Below, one piece after another: positions 48,927-58,229 of a DNA stretch of 64,000 bases; the stretch's first letter is position 1; the number at the start of each line of letters is the position of its first letter. Both the position numbers and the translations under genes were made by a program. The DNA comes from Phapecoctavirus DIJ07P1. Location of the stretch: the sequence record OZ035743.1; one strand, 5' to 3'. The notes under the pieces are model-generated. The model was not told the DNA's origin and ran no database searches. It saw only the letters and a program-made list of their open reading frames with translations.

Positions 48927-48955
48927 AGTATAACACGATAGAGGCTTTATTGCAA
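48927..48955 (-). promoter_or_regulatory. sigma70-like promoter TTGCAA-N17-TATACT (minus strand)
   Basis: -35 at 48955-48950, -10 at 48932-48927; RBS AAGGAGG follows. Confidence 0.45.
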
Positions 48956-48993
48956 GAGGGGGATTTCTCCCCCTCAAAATCATTTGTTAATTA

Positions 48994-49596
48994 TTATGGA
49001 CATTCATACCATTCTTTTTTACCACCGAAGGCCATCACCACATCGCAAATATCCAGACCAGCTTTACCTACACCATATGCTTTCAGTTTCCATTCCCCAT
49101 CTTCACGAACCAAGGAAGCCACGTGGCAGATTGTGTTGCCAGCTACTTCAGGAGCCAGGAAGTCAAAATCCAGAATTTCCACATTGCGCTCGGAGTCGAA
49201 GATTTTAAGCATACCTTCAGAAGCATGACCAAAACGTTTCAGACCTGTATCATCATCAATGGTCAGAACAAAGGCAATCTCTTGTGCATCAGGAGAGATT
49301 TTAGCCAGAGTAATATCAATCTGCTCCATGCTGCCAGTTCCATCACGAACATCGTCACCAGCGAAGGTAGAACGTTCAGGATCAAACTTGTTAGCATAGC
49401 AAACCAGATGACGTGCAGACAGCATTTCAGGATTGCCAGCGGCATTGTGACGACAAACCAGTGCACTTACATCCAGATCCAGTTTAGAATCAGATTTCCA
49501 AGAGAATTCCAGGCGCAGTTCTTTCAGAGCCGGAGCAACTTTCTTCAGGGAAATTTTTTCGCTAGAGCCTTTTTTCAGGGAAATTTTATCAGTCAT
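48994..49596 (-). CDS. terD: TerD-family protein
   Basis: aligns by eye along its length to E. coli TerD (ISLKKG..ISLKK, LDLDVSA, GDDVRDGTGSMEQI, EGMLKIFD, DGEWKLKAYGVG). Confidence 0.85.
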   Translation of the reverse strand: MTDKISLKKGSSEKISLKKVAPALKELRLEFSWKSDSKLDLDVSALVCRHNAAGNPEMLSARHLVCYANKFDPERSTFAGDDVRDGTGSMEQIDITLAKISPDAQEIAFVLTIDDDTGLKRFGHASEGMLKIFDSERNVEILDFDFLAPEVAGNTICHVASLVREDGEWKLKAYGVGKAGLDICDVVMAFGGKKEWYECP

Positions 49597-49611
49597 CTTT
49601 TGTCTCCTCTA

Positions 49612-49881
49612 TTATTTAAGTGTAATACCAGTTACAGTCAATTCTACTTCCAAAAGCTTAGATGTGTTTTGGATTGATACTAATTGTGCATGATGGTTTA
49701 GTTCTACAGCAGAATAATCGTTTTCCCCATCATCTACTTTTAAATAAACAATGACTTCACTAAGGTCTAAACCATTTTCGTCAAATGCATTTTCATAGAC
49801 GAAAGTATCTCCTACATCCAAATCCTTAATGGTAAGGCATCGTTTATTTATTTTTTGCTCATCAATTTCGAAGTTTAACAC
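49612..49881 (-). CDS. small protein, paralog of 50903-51247
   Basis: shares F-I-EEK...DLGIG-TF-Y-A-ED-GLD and C-terminal V-L-VT-ITLK with the other copy. Confidence 0.35.
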   Translation of the reverse strand: MLNFEIDEQKINKRCLTIKDLDVGDTFVYENAFDENGLDLSEVIVYLKVDDGENDYSAVELNHHAQLVSIQNTSKLLEVELTVTGITLK

Positions 49882-50110
49882 TTCTTCCTCCTAATGTTAT
49901 CTCCGGTTTGTATATACGAAGAATTATAGCATTTTCATTTTCTTTGTCAACCCATTCTTCATAATCAGGCCATACATGAATCTCTACTCTACTTACAATA
50001 TCTTCCATTCGCACAGTCCCAATGAAATACTCTTTGAGACTGCGCATAATGAAAGCTTCTCTCTCGCGCCAATAATTTTCTATGACTTGAGAGGCAAGCT
50101 CGTCGATCAT
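49862..50110 (-). CDS. hypothetical small protein
   Basis: ORF track. Confidence 0.25.
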   Translation of the reverse strand: MIDELASQVIENYWREREAFIMRSLKEYFIGTVRMEDIVSRVEIHVWPDYEEWVDKENENAIILRIYKPEITLGGRSVKLRN

Positions 50111-50901
50111 TTTTTAGCACCTACTTTAACAACCCACTCTCCGAACTCTTCAGATAAGAGTTTGTCATAAAGCTCTGAATCTGTCAAGTCTAAATCTTTA
50201 ATGCCAATAAAACCAACATTATCATAAGCATTTGCCAGTTCTTTCAGGAAGCCAAACTTCTCATTACCAACGCCAACCATGAACCAATAAATAGGTTTAT
50301 TCTTATTCTCTTCAATAAGACGACGAACAGCACTAGGATCACCATTCTCACCATCCGTCTGGAAGAATACAACACCAGGGGTAACGTCAGCACCTGGTTC
50401 AGACACAGCTACAACCTTTTCACGCTCTACAGATACTGTTTCAGTTTTACCAAGCAGACGATTAAAGAAGCCTTTCTTTGGAGCCTCCTCTTGTACCACT
50501 TGTTTAGTGGTAATATATTTGGTAACAGTGCCAAAATACTCATCGTAGATATCTGCCATTACAGGGGCGTAATTTGTTCCACCTCCGATACGAACATTGC
50601 GCATACATTTACCAACATAGTCATCGTAAACGTCTGCTGTTGCTGGAGTAAGCTCTTGGGAACTCGTATTGAAGGCCCACATATCAATTTGTTGATTATC
50701 GTCGAACAGCATACCAAAAGGAAGCAGTTTACCTACAAAATCACTCACTACCCCACTAGAATATAGACCATGCATACTACCAGAAATATCTAGAGCACAT
50801 GCTACACGAAGAACAATCTTACCTTCATTCAGGTTCTTATTCTTTTTCAGAGAGAAAGCAAGGTTTTCTTGACGTTTTTTCAGGCTGATTTTCTCGGACA
50901 T
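50107..50901 (-). CDS. vWA-domain protein with TerD-like N-terminus (TerY-like)
   Basis: MIDAS motif LDISGSM, later GGGTNYAP and FFQTDGENGD; N-terminus ISLKK...SLKK resembles TerD start. Confidence 0.6.
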   Translation of the reverse strand: MSEKISLKKRQENLAFSLKKNKNLNEGKIVLRVACALDISGSMHGLYSSGVVSDFVGKLLPFGMLFDDNQQIDMWAFNTSSQELTPATADVYDDYVGKCMRNVRIGGGTNYAPVMADIYDEYFGTVTKYITTKQVVQEEAPKKGFFNRLLGKTETVSVEREKVVAVSEPGADVTPGVVFFQTDGENGDPSAVRRLIEENKNKPIYWFMVGVGNEKFGFLKELANAYDNVGFIGIKDLDLTDSELYDKLLSEEFGEWVVKVGAKK

Positions 50902-50902
50902 A

Positions 50903-51247
50903 TTATTTCTCCTTCTTAAGTGTAATATTGGTAACTTCTAAATCTACTTCCACCATATTTGTATCTGGCGGGATGCAATGAGTATAGCCTCGTTGTGCTA
51001 GTGATCCATTAATACAGATCGCACTGTTTGTGGAATTTTTAATGAACACCAAGTTACGGTAGGTATCCAACCCTGCGTCTTCATAGGCATCATAATACAT
51101 GAATGTGGCCCCTATGCCAAGATCTTCGAAAGCAATAGGTAAATCCTGACTTTTTTCTTCTTGAATATTGAATCTAAACACGCATACCTCCTCTACCAAT
51201 TTTGAAGCCCAAATCGTAAGCTTCCTTAGTGATCTTTTGTAACTCAC
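50903..51247 (-). CDS. small protein, paralog of 49612-49881 (likely GTG start near 51181)
   Basis: paralogy; GGAGG precedes GTG that overlaps the upstream stop. Confidence 0.35.
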   Translation of the reverse strand: MSYKRSLRKLTIWASKLVEEVCVFRFNIQEEKSQDLPIAFEDLGIGATFMYYDAYEDAGLDTYRNLVFIKNSTNSAICINGSLAQRGYTHCIPPDTNMVEVDLEVTNITLKKEK

Positions 51248-51737
51248 TTATAGGAAGTGTTACAAGAGGATCATCTTCTTCAATTTCCATCTTGTCATCT
51301 TCTGTTTCAATGAGAGTATTATGCACTTTGTGATAAGGGTTGTCAACACGTTTAAACTTATTCTTTTCTGTGCTGAAAAAACAATCTGGATCTTCTTCAC
51401 CATCACCCCAACCTTGGTTAGGATCTCCGTCAGATTGTTCTGTAGGGATTTCACCTGTAAAATACTCTTCCAGCACCATAGCGATACCGTCCCTTGGATT
51501 TGAGGAATGCATCAAATCACAAACCTTACTCCAATCCATAGCCCATTCGAATCGTTCGCGAACACCATTTTCATCCTCCTTTCCAGAGAAAACACAACCA
51601 TAACTATCATAGTTGCCATACATCTCTTCAATAACAACACCGTCCTTCAAAAGAAAGAGGTAGCAAGGTGATCCGTCGAAAGAAGTAGAAAGGGCAGCTT
51701 TGCCCGATTCTTTGCACAAAAAACTAAAACAACCCAT
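51174..51737 (-). CDS. acidic hypothetical protein
   Basis: ORF track. Confidence 0.3.
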   Translation of the reverse strand: MGCFSFLCKESGKAALSTSFDGSPCYLFLLKDGVVIEEMYGNYDSYGCVFSGKEDENGVRERFEWAMDWSKVCDLMHSSNPRDGIAMVLEEYFTGEIPTEQSDGDPNQGWGDGEEDPDCFFSTEKNKFKRVDNPYHKVHNTLIETEDDKMEIEEDDPLVTLPISELQKITKEAYDLGFKIGRGGMRV

Positions 51738-51940
51738 TACAAACCCTCCTTCAGATTATCAAGAGCTACAGTGGTTTCACAAAATTCTCCATAAGCTTTA
51801 TGATGTTCCAGAAAAGCTTCGGGTCCACCCCAGTCATTATCTTGTGTATTCCAACCATCAATAAAAGCATCTTCAATGATTGTGATCAGTTCTTGTCGGG
51901 TTAACTGGATAATATTAGGATCGTTATCGTAGTTAAACAT
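51737..51940 (-). CDS. hypothetical small protein
   Basis: ORF track. Confidence 0.2.
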   Translation of the reverse strand: MFNYDNDPNIIQLTRQELITIIEDAFIDGWNTQDNDWGGPEAFLEHHKAYGEFCETTVALDNLKEGL

Positions 51941-52105
51941 CTTCTTCCTCCTCTAAAATATGAAACCCGTAATTACAATAGTCCTGAAAGGTTTCGTGCG
52001 CAAGATCTTCTATATCCTCTTGAGACATATCATCTTCAATTTCGATATCCACAACCTCATTGCATCCACACCAAGCAGTTTCAATATTCACTCGTAATAT
52101 TTTCA

Positions 52106-52303
52106 TTACTCCTCCTCCTCATTGAAGTCAATATCTGCAAGGAGTTGGAATTTACGGAAGTTACGACAACCTTCATAAATATAACAATCACGACAAACTG
52201 CTAGAACACTTGGGGGATATATGCCTCCCATCGGTGCGAATCGTTTTTCGTCATCATAACGGACACCAATGTCTTCATCAATTATATAGATACGGATTCT
52301 CAT
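52106..52303 (-). CDS. small Cys-containing protein
   Basis: ORF track. Confidence 0.2.
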   Translation of the reverse strand: MRIRIYIIDEDIGVRYDDEKRFAPMGGIYPPSVLAVCRDCYIYEGCRNFRKFQLLADIDFNEEEE

Positions 52304-53412
52304 TTACCAAGCCCTCGTTTCACAGCAGCTACCATCCCGTCTTCCAAAGATTGAACTTCATTAATATAATCAACACGAGCAGCACGGGCTTCCGTATTGA
52401 TGCGGTTAGTTTCTTCCAACATCTTAACCAAGTTTTCCTGATCGTGACGCAGAGTTTCAATATCCAACACTTGACGGTTAGCCAGTGCTGCTGCTTCGAT
52501 CTGATTCTGTGTGGCAAGATCGCTACCCAGTTTAATTGCCAGGTTAAATTCATCAAGAACGTTATTCTGCGTCTCTGCTGCTTTCATTTGACGTAAGCTC
52601 TCGATATACATTGAGAAGTTAGCAGAGTAAGCAGGAATAACATTATTTACTATGTTACGCGCAGATCGCATTAAGCTTGCAGAAACTTTTTGCATACCTT
52701 GTACACGCGGTCCCATTTGGACACACAGTAGGCGCAATGCTTTTAAATCTGCAATACGAATCTCCAGAAGATCCAAAGTATCTCGGATCACTTGTCGCTG
52801 TTCTACTGCATCTTCTGGAAGAGCAGCCAAAGCTTGTTCTTCTTTTTCATAGGTTGCTGTTAGAAGCTGCATATCTCGGTTCAAACTTGCAGCATATTGT
52901 CCAATAGCTTGATGTAGCTTTTCAAGATATACCAAGGAATCTTCTTCTTTGCGAATATCCATTTGAAGGTTTTTTACCAACTCTTCAATACGGTTATTAA
53001 CATTATCAAACTCCCCAAACAGATCTTCTTTCATACCCATAACTTTTTTAATGAGTTTAGTAATACCCTTGCTTTGTTTAATAGAGTTTGGATCAAGTTG
53101 TTTTGCCTGTTTAATCAAAGCTGTGAGTCGTTCACTCATCTGATCGCCTTGATTACTACGTTGATGTTTTAATACCTCGGCATTCAAGGAACGCAAGGTT
53201 GTTCCTGCCTCTGCTCCAATCTCTTCGATCTCCTGTCGGGTCATAGAAGGCAAAACTGGAACTTCTTGCGGTGCCGCTGGTGCATAAACAGGACTGGCAT
53301 CTAACACGCTTGGAGCGAATACAGATTTACTTGCATCTGTTGTTGCAGCAAATACGCTCATTTCAGGTTTCTTCTGACAGCCAGTAGCTGCTTTTAAAAA
53401 TGGACTTGTCAT
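52300..53412 (-). CDS. TelA-like toxic-anion-resistance family protein (tentative)
   Basis: 370 aa, all-helical, size and Ter neighbourhood consistent with TelA/KlaB; no motif check possible. Confidence 0.35.
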   Translation of the reverse strand: MTSPFLKAATGCQKKPEMSVFAATTDASKSVFAPSVLDASPVYAPAAPQEVPVLPSMTRQEIEEIGAEAGTTLRSLNAEVLKHQRSNQGDQMSERLTALIKQAKQLDPNSIKQSKGITKLIKKVMGMKEDLFGEFDNVNNRIEELVKNLQMDIRKEEDSLVYLEKLHQAIGQYAASLNRDMQLLTATYEKEEQALAALPEDAVEQRQVIRDTLDLLEIRIADLKALRLLCVQMGPRVQGMQKVSASLMRSARNIVNNVIPAYSANFSMYIESLRQMKAAETQNNVLDEFNLAIKLGSDLATQNQIEAAALANRQVLDIETLRHDQENLVKMLEETNRINTEARAARVDYINEVQSLEDGMVAAVKRGLGK

Positions 53413-53999
53413 TCTTCATTCTCCTCTTCTGCATCTCTTATATATGGTGAAACACCGTACTCTTTAGCTACTTTAACCCAATCGTCCCATTTATACAACC
53501 ATAATTTTCCTTCGGTCCCTTCTTTATCTGATTTCAACCACATATTAGGTTGCTTACCTGGGTACATGCGATTAGGTTTACGATTATAACCTCTAACACA
53601 TCTTGTCGCAAACCTATCTACCAGAACAAGAACATATTTATATTCGTGGTTCAACGGCTCTTTGGAAGTGGCTTTAGGATTAGCCCCTAACTCTGCTGCC
53701 AGTTTTTGCCAATGAGCACCGTGTCTACTAAACTTACCCATACAACCATCAATAGCATGAGCAATTTCGTGCTTCATTGTATCCACGATCATATCTCTTG
53801 TAGAGTTCTTATGCAAGTGCCAATTTACAACAACAATTTTATCTCGGTAGTTGCACCAACCGAAAGAGTTATTCACTTTGTTTCTAACACAAGCTTTATA
53901 TCCTGCTTCACGTAACATGTTGTAGTAAACAGGAAAATCTTCTTTTATTTCCTGCATCACTTCCCACCACAAGAGTTGCAAGTCTCTCTCGGTATACAT
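53409..53999 (-). CDS. SprT-like zinc metalloprotease
   Basis: MKHEIAHAIDG...HGAHW (HExxH plus downstream His/Trp). Confidence 0.55.
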   Translation of the reverse strand: MYTERDLQLLWWEVMQEIKEDFPVYYNMLREAGYKACVRNKVNNSFGWCNYRDKIVVVNWHLHKNSTRDMIVDTMKHEIAHAIDGCMGKFSRHGAHWQKLAAELGANPKATSKEPLNHEYKYVLVLVDRFATRCVRGYNRKPNRMYPGKQPNMWLKSDKEGTEGKLWLYKWDDWVKVAKEYGVSPYIRDAEEENEE

Positions 54000-54002
54000 A
54001 AC

Positions 54003-54596
54003 TTACACCTTAAAAGTGAAATGCGTGGTCGTGGTTTCAAAATCAGGACCAGATAAACGTGCACTGAAATCTGAAATATTTGTAATTAAAAAGCTTTTAT
54101 GCATACCTAACACAGCTACGCTTTCAATATCTTCTACTAACATTTCAATCATGTTAGAAACATGGCTGAACGTAGAGTTTTGTTTTTTGATGGTGTAGAA
54201 AGAAAGATTCCCACCTGCTGTATAAGATACCTCTTCAAAATCTTTAATGGTATATTGTGTGCCATCAGTAAAGAAAATGGTAGCTTTATTAGTAGCACGT
54301 TTCTTGTTTTTTGGTCCTTTTTTACGTTTACTGCGAGTAGGCAAACCGTTTGGGAACACCATAGCTACAAATTCTTCAGCAGAAACCTCCTTACCGAAAT
54401 CATAACCATAAGAAACAGCGTCTATAAACTCGTCATCTTCATTTTTAAAATAATGGAAATAGGGCCAATTTGAGAGATTATCGAGCATCTTATGCTCATC
54501 CACAGCAGAGAACGTATCCCTCAAAGCACGTGTGATTTGCAAAGCATTAGGCAAACTTTTAACACCTGTAATGGAAGTACGAATAGAAATTGTCAT
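54003..54596 (-). CDS. hypothetical protein
   Basis: ORF track. Confidence 0.3.
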   Translation of the reverse strand: MTISIRTSITGVKSLPNALQITRALRDTFSAVDEHKMLDNLSNWPYFHYFKNEDDEFIDAVSYGYDFGKEVSAEEFVAMVFPNGLPTRSKRKKGPKNKKRATNKATIFFTDGTQYTIKDFEEVSYTAGGNLSFYTIKKQNSTFSHVSNMIEMLVEDIESVAVLGMHKSFLITNISDFSARLSGPDFETTTTHFTFKV

Positions 54597-54610
54597 TGTT
54601 TTTCTCCTTA

Positions 54611-55048
54611 TTAACGTCGCTTGCTACGAGATGAACTCTTTTTACTTAAAGGGCTATTGTAAGATTTACGAGTTGTATAGCTACTATTTGTTTTAAAAGT
54701 TTGTCTCGGCTTTTCATAAGTTTTTATCTCTTGTTTAGGCTTACTATAAAAATTAGTTTTCGGTTTAGGTGTATTATAATGTTTATTAATAATCGTTCTG
54801 TTATCGTTATAATCCCCACTGCTACGATTACTACCGCCACTCATCATATGCCCTAACAACATACCTGTAGCAAACTCACCAACACCGTTACTACTAGAAC
54901 CGCCACCATTGTTGATAATAGTTGTATCTCCGTCAGATCCTTGTTGAGCGTATTGTTGAGGAGGTTGTTGGTATTGTGCAGGATTTGTTTCATCCTCGCA
55001 AGCTGTTAAAAAGATACAACCAATTAAAATCAGGGCTAGTTTTTTCAT
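54611..55048 (-). CDS. lipoprotein (start at internal Met)
   Basis: MKKLALILIGCIFLTAC lipobox; Q/G-rich middle, basic C-terminus. Confidence 0.45.
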   Translation of the reverse strand: MKKLALILIGCIFLTACEDETNPAQYQQPPQQYAQQGSDGDTTIINNGGGSSSNGVGEFATGMLLGHMMSGGSNRSSGDYNDNRTIINKHYNTPKPKTNFYSKPKQEIKTYEKPRQTFKTNSSYTTRKSYNSPLSKKSSSRSKRR

Positions 55049-55231
55049 ATTTGCTTTCCTCGTTTTGGCTATTAATACATCTGTGTTTGAAATCTCCAGA
55101 GAAGCAATAAAGTTGCTCTCCATCTCGGTATAAACTCACTTTACTGCCGTTGATTACGCTTGTCAATACAAAAATTACAACAAACAACCCTATTGCAAAA
55201 CAAATATTTTCAAACACAACCAACAAGTATT

Positions 55232-55582
55232 TCATTTTAAAAATACCTCATCATCAGTTTCATTATCCCAGAAGAACAAGTCCCAACCATTCGGATCATT
55301 CCATTTAGCTGCTGGAGAAGTCCATATTTGCTCGATATCAATATTCAAAACTTCACCGTTTCGTTTTGAAACAGCTTTAGTTAATTCCCAACGGGATACA
55401 GGCTCCACTTCCCCTGAACCACTCCCACAACAAGCTACCACATTAGGAGGCAAATTAATTGGATCTTTGGTCACGATCATAACGCTTACCCCAGGGTAAA
55501 CTTTTGAAAGATAATCTAAAACGTAATCCACATCACCAGATAAATCCCAAACAAGTTCTTGAATTTCATCAAAATTATTCAT
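55232..55582 (-). CDS. hypothetical protein
   Basis: ORF track, RBS AGGAGAG. Confidence 0.3.
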   Translation of the reverse strand: MNNFDEIQELVWDLSGDVDYVLDYLSKVYPGVSVMIVTKDPINLPPNVVACCGSGSGEVEPVSRWELTKAVSKRNGEVLNIDIEQIWTSPAAKWNDPNGWDLFFWDNETDDEVFLK

Positions 55583-55592
55583 AAGTCTCTCC

Positions 55593-55618
55593 TATAAAAT
55601 AGCCTCCCGAAGGAGGCT
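55593..55618 (-). terminator. intrinsic terminator after terC (minus strand)
   Basis: AGCCTCC-TTCG-GGAGGCT followed by ATTTTAT on minus strand. Confidence 0.6.
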
Positions 55619-55624
55619 CATCTA

Positions 55625-56599
55625 TTAAACAGAAGCTTCTTCTTTTTCAGGGAAGATAAAGCTTGCAATAACACCAAGAGATAATGTGCCTAGAACAATC
55701 ATCAGACTTACGTTAGGGGAAATATCATGCGGGAGGAATGACCACTTGGCATGAAGTGTTTCACCGAACGGGTGATACATAAGTTTAGCACCAACAAACA
55801 CCAGAACCACAGCAACAGCTTTCTCTAAGTGAACCAGATATTTCACAGCTACACTTAACACAAAGAAAAGTGCACGTAAACCAAGAACAGCCATCAGCAT
55901 TGCAGAATAAACTAGCAGAGGTTCTTGTGTCACACCGATCACAGCCGGAACTGAATCAAAAGAGAAGACAATATCTGTAAGCTCAATAACAAACACACAA
56001 AGAAGAGCAGGAGTTGCATATTTAATACCATTCTTAATGGTGATGAACTTTTCACCATCCAGTGCATTGTGCACAGGCAGAACTTTACCTACTAAACGAA
56101 CAGCCCAATGTTTAGAGTAATCAATATCCTCTTCTTCGTCACCACCTTTGATGATAGCCACGGCAGACCAAGCTACAATCAAACCGAACAACACTTGGAC
56201 CGACCAATGAAGGTTAAACAAAGCGGTCCCTGCTGCAACAAAAATACCTCGGAAGACAATGGCTCCTGCAATCCCCCAAAGTAGAATCTTATGTTGGAGA
56301 TGTGTGCTCTTAATTCCAAAGCTTGCAAAAATTGCCATGAACACCATTAGGTTATCTACAGAAAGACTCTTTTCCAACACATAGCCACTTAGGAAAAGCG
56401 CGGCAAACTCTTTACCATGTTCTACCCAAATGAATGCGTAATACCCTAAAGCTAAAGCAATCCAAAAAACAGACCAAAGCAAAGCAGATTTAATTCCAAT
56501 TTCTTTATTCTCTTTATGACCAAAGAAATCGATACCAATAGACAATGCCAAAATACCAACTAAAACAACTACATCAATAATTGGGAAACCGAGTTGCAT
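55625..56599 (-). CDS. terC: TerC-family integral membrane protein
   Basis: multi-pass membrane protein with LSGYVLEKSLSVDNLMVF family signature. Confidence 0.8.
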   Translation of the reverse strand: MQLGFPIIDVVVLVGILALSIGIDFFGHKENKEIGIKSALLWSVFWIALALGYYAFIWVEHGKEFAALFLSGYVLEKSLSVDNLMVFMAIFASFGIKSTHLQHKILLWGIAGAIVFRGIFVAAGTALFNLHWSVQVLFGLIVAWSAVAIIKGGDEEEDIDYSKHWAVRLVGKVLPVHNALDGEKFITIKNGIKYATPALLCVFVIELTDIVFSFDSVPAVIGVTQEPLLVYSAMLMAVLGLRALFFVLSVAVKYLVHLEKAVAVVLVFVGAKLMYHPFGETLHAKWSFLPHDISPNVSLMIVLGTLSLGVIASFIFPEKEEASV

Positions 56600-56649
56600 T
56601 CTTTTCTCCTCTCTCTGCGGGGGAACTATTCCCCCGCTTCATGTGATAT

Positions 56650-56677
56650 ATCTTACTCTTTTTAAGAACTATGTCAA
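56650..56677 (-). promoter_or_regulatory. sigma70-like promoter TTGACA-N16-TAAGAT upstream of terC (minus strand)
   Basis: -35 at 56677-56672, -10 at 56655-56650; GC hairpin 56616-56637 in the leader. Confidence 0.45.
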
Positions 56678-56680
56678 CAC

Positions 56681-56902
56681 TTATTTTGTTGAATGAGAGG
56701 AAAAGATTCCTCGTAATACCGCCAGAATAAACGAAACACAAACCACGGTCCAGAAGGTTACTGGGACAGTGATATCTGCATGACCCATAACTTCAGCAAC
56801 ATAGTTGTAAGCCAGCAACAGTAACCAAGCTGGAATCAAACTAAGCATAAAAGCAATAACAAAAAAGCTTACCACTGCAACAATACCTGCAAAAACACCC
56901 AT
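56681..56902 (-). CDS. small multi-TM membrane protein
   Basis: 73 aa, two to three hydrophobic segments. Confidence 0.3.
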   Translation of the reverse strand: MGVFAGIVAVVSFFVIAFMLSLIPAWLLLLAYNYVAEVMGHADITVPVTFWTVVCVSFILAVLRGIFSSHSTK

Positions 56903-56914
56903 ACTAATCTCCTC

Positions 56915-57454
56915 TTAAAGTTTATAAATAGTCACATCGTGACCTGTTTTTACTAAAGTTTCTTCAATCATCACTTGGATGATAGCCCAATTACCTCCAG
57001 CATATCCAGCGCCAATCATAGGTAAGCCGATCTTACATTTTTGGTCACGGAGAAGCAAATCATTAGCCATAGCTATTAGTGCATCGTAAAGTGCATCATA
57101 GTCCAACTGACGACCTTTAGCATTGTATCCGTAACGGTATTGCCCGTATAGATTATATACCAAAGGGTCTGATTGTTCGTCTGGCACCCCTAAACTAAAA
57201 GAACCTAACTTACTTTGATCACCAGCCATTGTGTCTAAATCTGCCGCATATGCATAAGGGAATGCTCGTTTAATTTGCGGAGCAATTCCTGCTCCCATAT
57301 TACACATACAATTGCAACAATGAGCAATAACAGTTACTTCACCTGCTTTAGCGGCATCAATAAGATTACCTGTTTTCATTTTAAGCATTTTTAGCTCCTT
57401 ATTACAGAATGTGTTGTTTTGTGTAACGATCCAAGAATTCAAAGTTTTCAGCAT
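56915..57454 (-). CDS. macro-domain protein (ADP-ribose binding/processing)
   Basis: GNLIDAAKAGEVTVIAHCCNC..MGAGIAPQIKRAFP and GLPMIGAGYAGGNW resemble MacroD motifs; start probably internal Met. Confidence 0.5.
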   Translation of the reverse strand: MLKTLNSWIVTQNNTFCNKELKMLKMKTGNLIDAAKAGEVTVIAHCCNCMCNMGAGIAPQIKRAFPYAYAADLDTMAGDQSKLGSFSLGVPDEQSDPLVYNLYGQYRYGYNAKGRQLDYDALYDALIAMANDLLLRDQKCKIGLPMIGAGYAGGNWAIIQVMIEETLVKTGHDVTIYKL

Positions 57455-58229
57455 ACTTTGAAATTCGGTTGTAACCTTCTCCCAAACATCCGAAGAAAAG
57501 TTGCTCTACATAGTAGTGTGGCAATTGGCTAAGAATGATTTTGAAGTCTTCGTGATTTTGGCCCATAAGATACTTAATAGGACGAACAAGACACTGTGCA
57601 TCACGTTCTTCATTAATCATTTTAACAAACGCTTCTGGTGTATTGATGTAGTTAAAATTCAGTTTAGCTTCAGTATCTGCTTGATTACCTTCATATTTTG
57701 CAAAATACAAGAAGTAAACATCATTTTTAACTTGATTTTCATCAAGAATCTCAATCAGTTTGTCTTCATGAGTTCCGGTGATATTTACATCATCAATGAA
57801 CACAAGCTTCTTATCACCCCAGAATTCTTTGTTGCAGTAGAATGTATCCCCATCAATAAGTTTCTTACGACTAGCTTTATCCAAGAAACCATAATCGTTG
57901 ATATAGCTAACTTTACGATGAATAATATCCAGTTCTGCTGAACGACCTTGATCATATTGTGCTTGCAACATATTAAAGTAATTAATAAAATGATCTGTCA
58001 TCATTGTTGCAGCATTGTGCACATGGTTATAAGGAGAAGGGATGATAACAAATTGTTCCCCAATATGTTTCATTGCCACTTGAGCAAAAAACTGAAGTGC
58101 CAATTCTTTACCCATACGACGCGCAGCTTGGTTACTACCAAATTTCAATTTTGAATAGTCTTTGATATCAAAAGTAGCAGTTTCCAGGTCATCAAATTTA
58201 TTTGCAAAAATTTGAGTTTGATTACGCAT
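57402..58229 (-). CDS. type I phosphoribosyltransferase
   Basis: PRPP-binding motif KKLVFIDDVNITGTHE. Confidence 0.6.
   Translation of the reverse strand: MRNQTQIFANKFDDLETATFDIKDYSKLKFGSNQAARRMGKELALQFFAQVAMKHIGEQFVIIPSPYNHVHNAATMMTDHFINYFNMLQAQYDQGRSAELDIIHRKVSYINDYGFLDKASRKKLIDGDTFYCNKEFWGDKKLVFIDDVNITGTHEDKLIEILDENQVKNDVYFLYFAKYEGNQADTEAKLNFNYINTPEAFVKMINEERDAQCLVRPIKYLMGQNHEDFKIILSQLPHYYVEQLFFGCLGEGYNRISKYAENFEFLDRYTKQHIL

Noticed and set aside
48956-48975. GC-rich hairpin GAGGGGG-ATTTCT-CCCCCTC as an intrinsic terminator
   Set aside because: No U-tract follows on either strand; it overlaps the -35 of the hydrolase promoter, so more likely a structural or regulatory element.
56600-56680. 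Possible yybP-ykoY (manganese) riboswitch in front of terC
   Set aside because: Bacterial TerC genes are often riboswitch-controlled, but this leader is only about 40 nt from -10 to start codon, too short for that element; only a simple hairpin is present.
57501-57941. 146-aa plus-strand ORF
   Set aside because: Antisense inside the phosphoribosyltransferase gene, which has a clear PRPP-binding motif.
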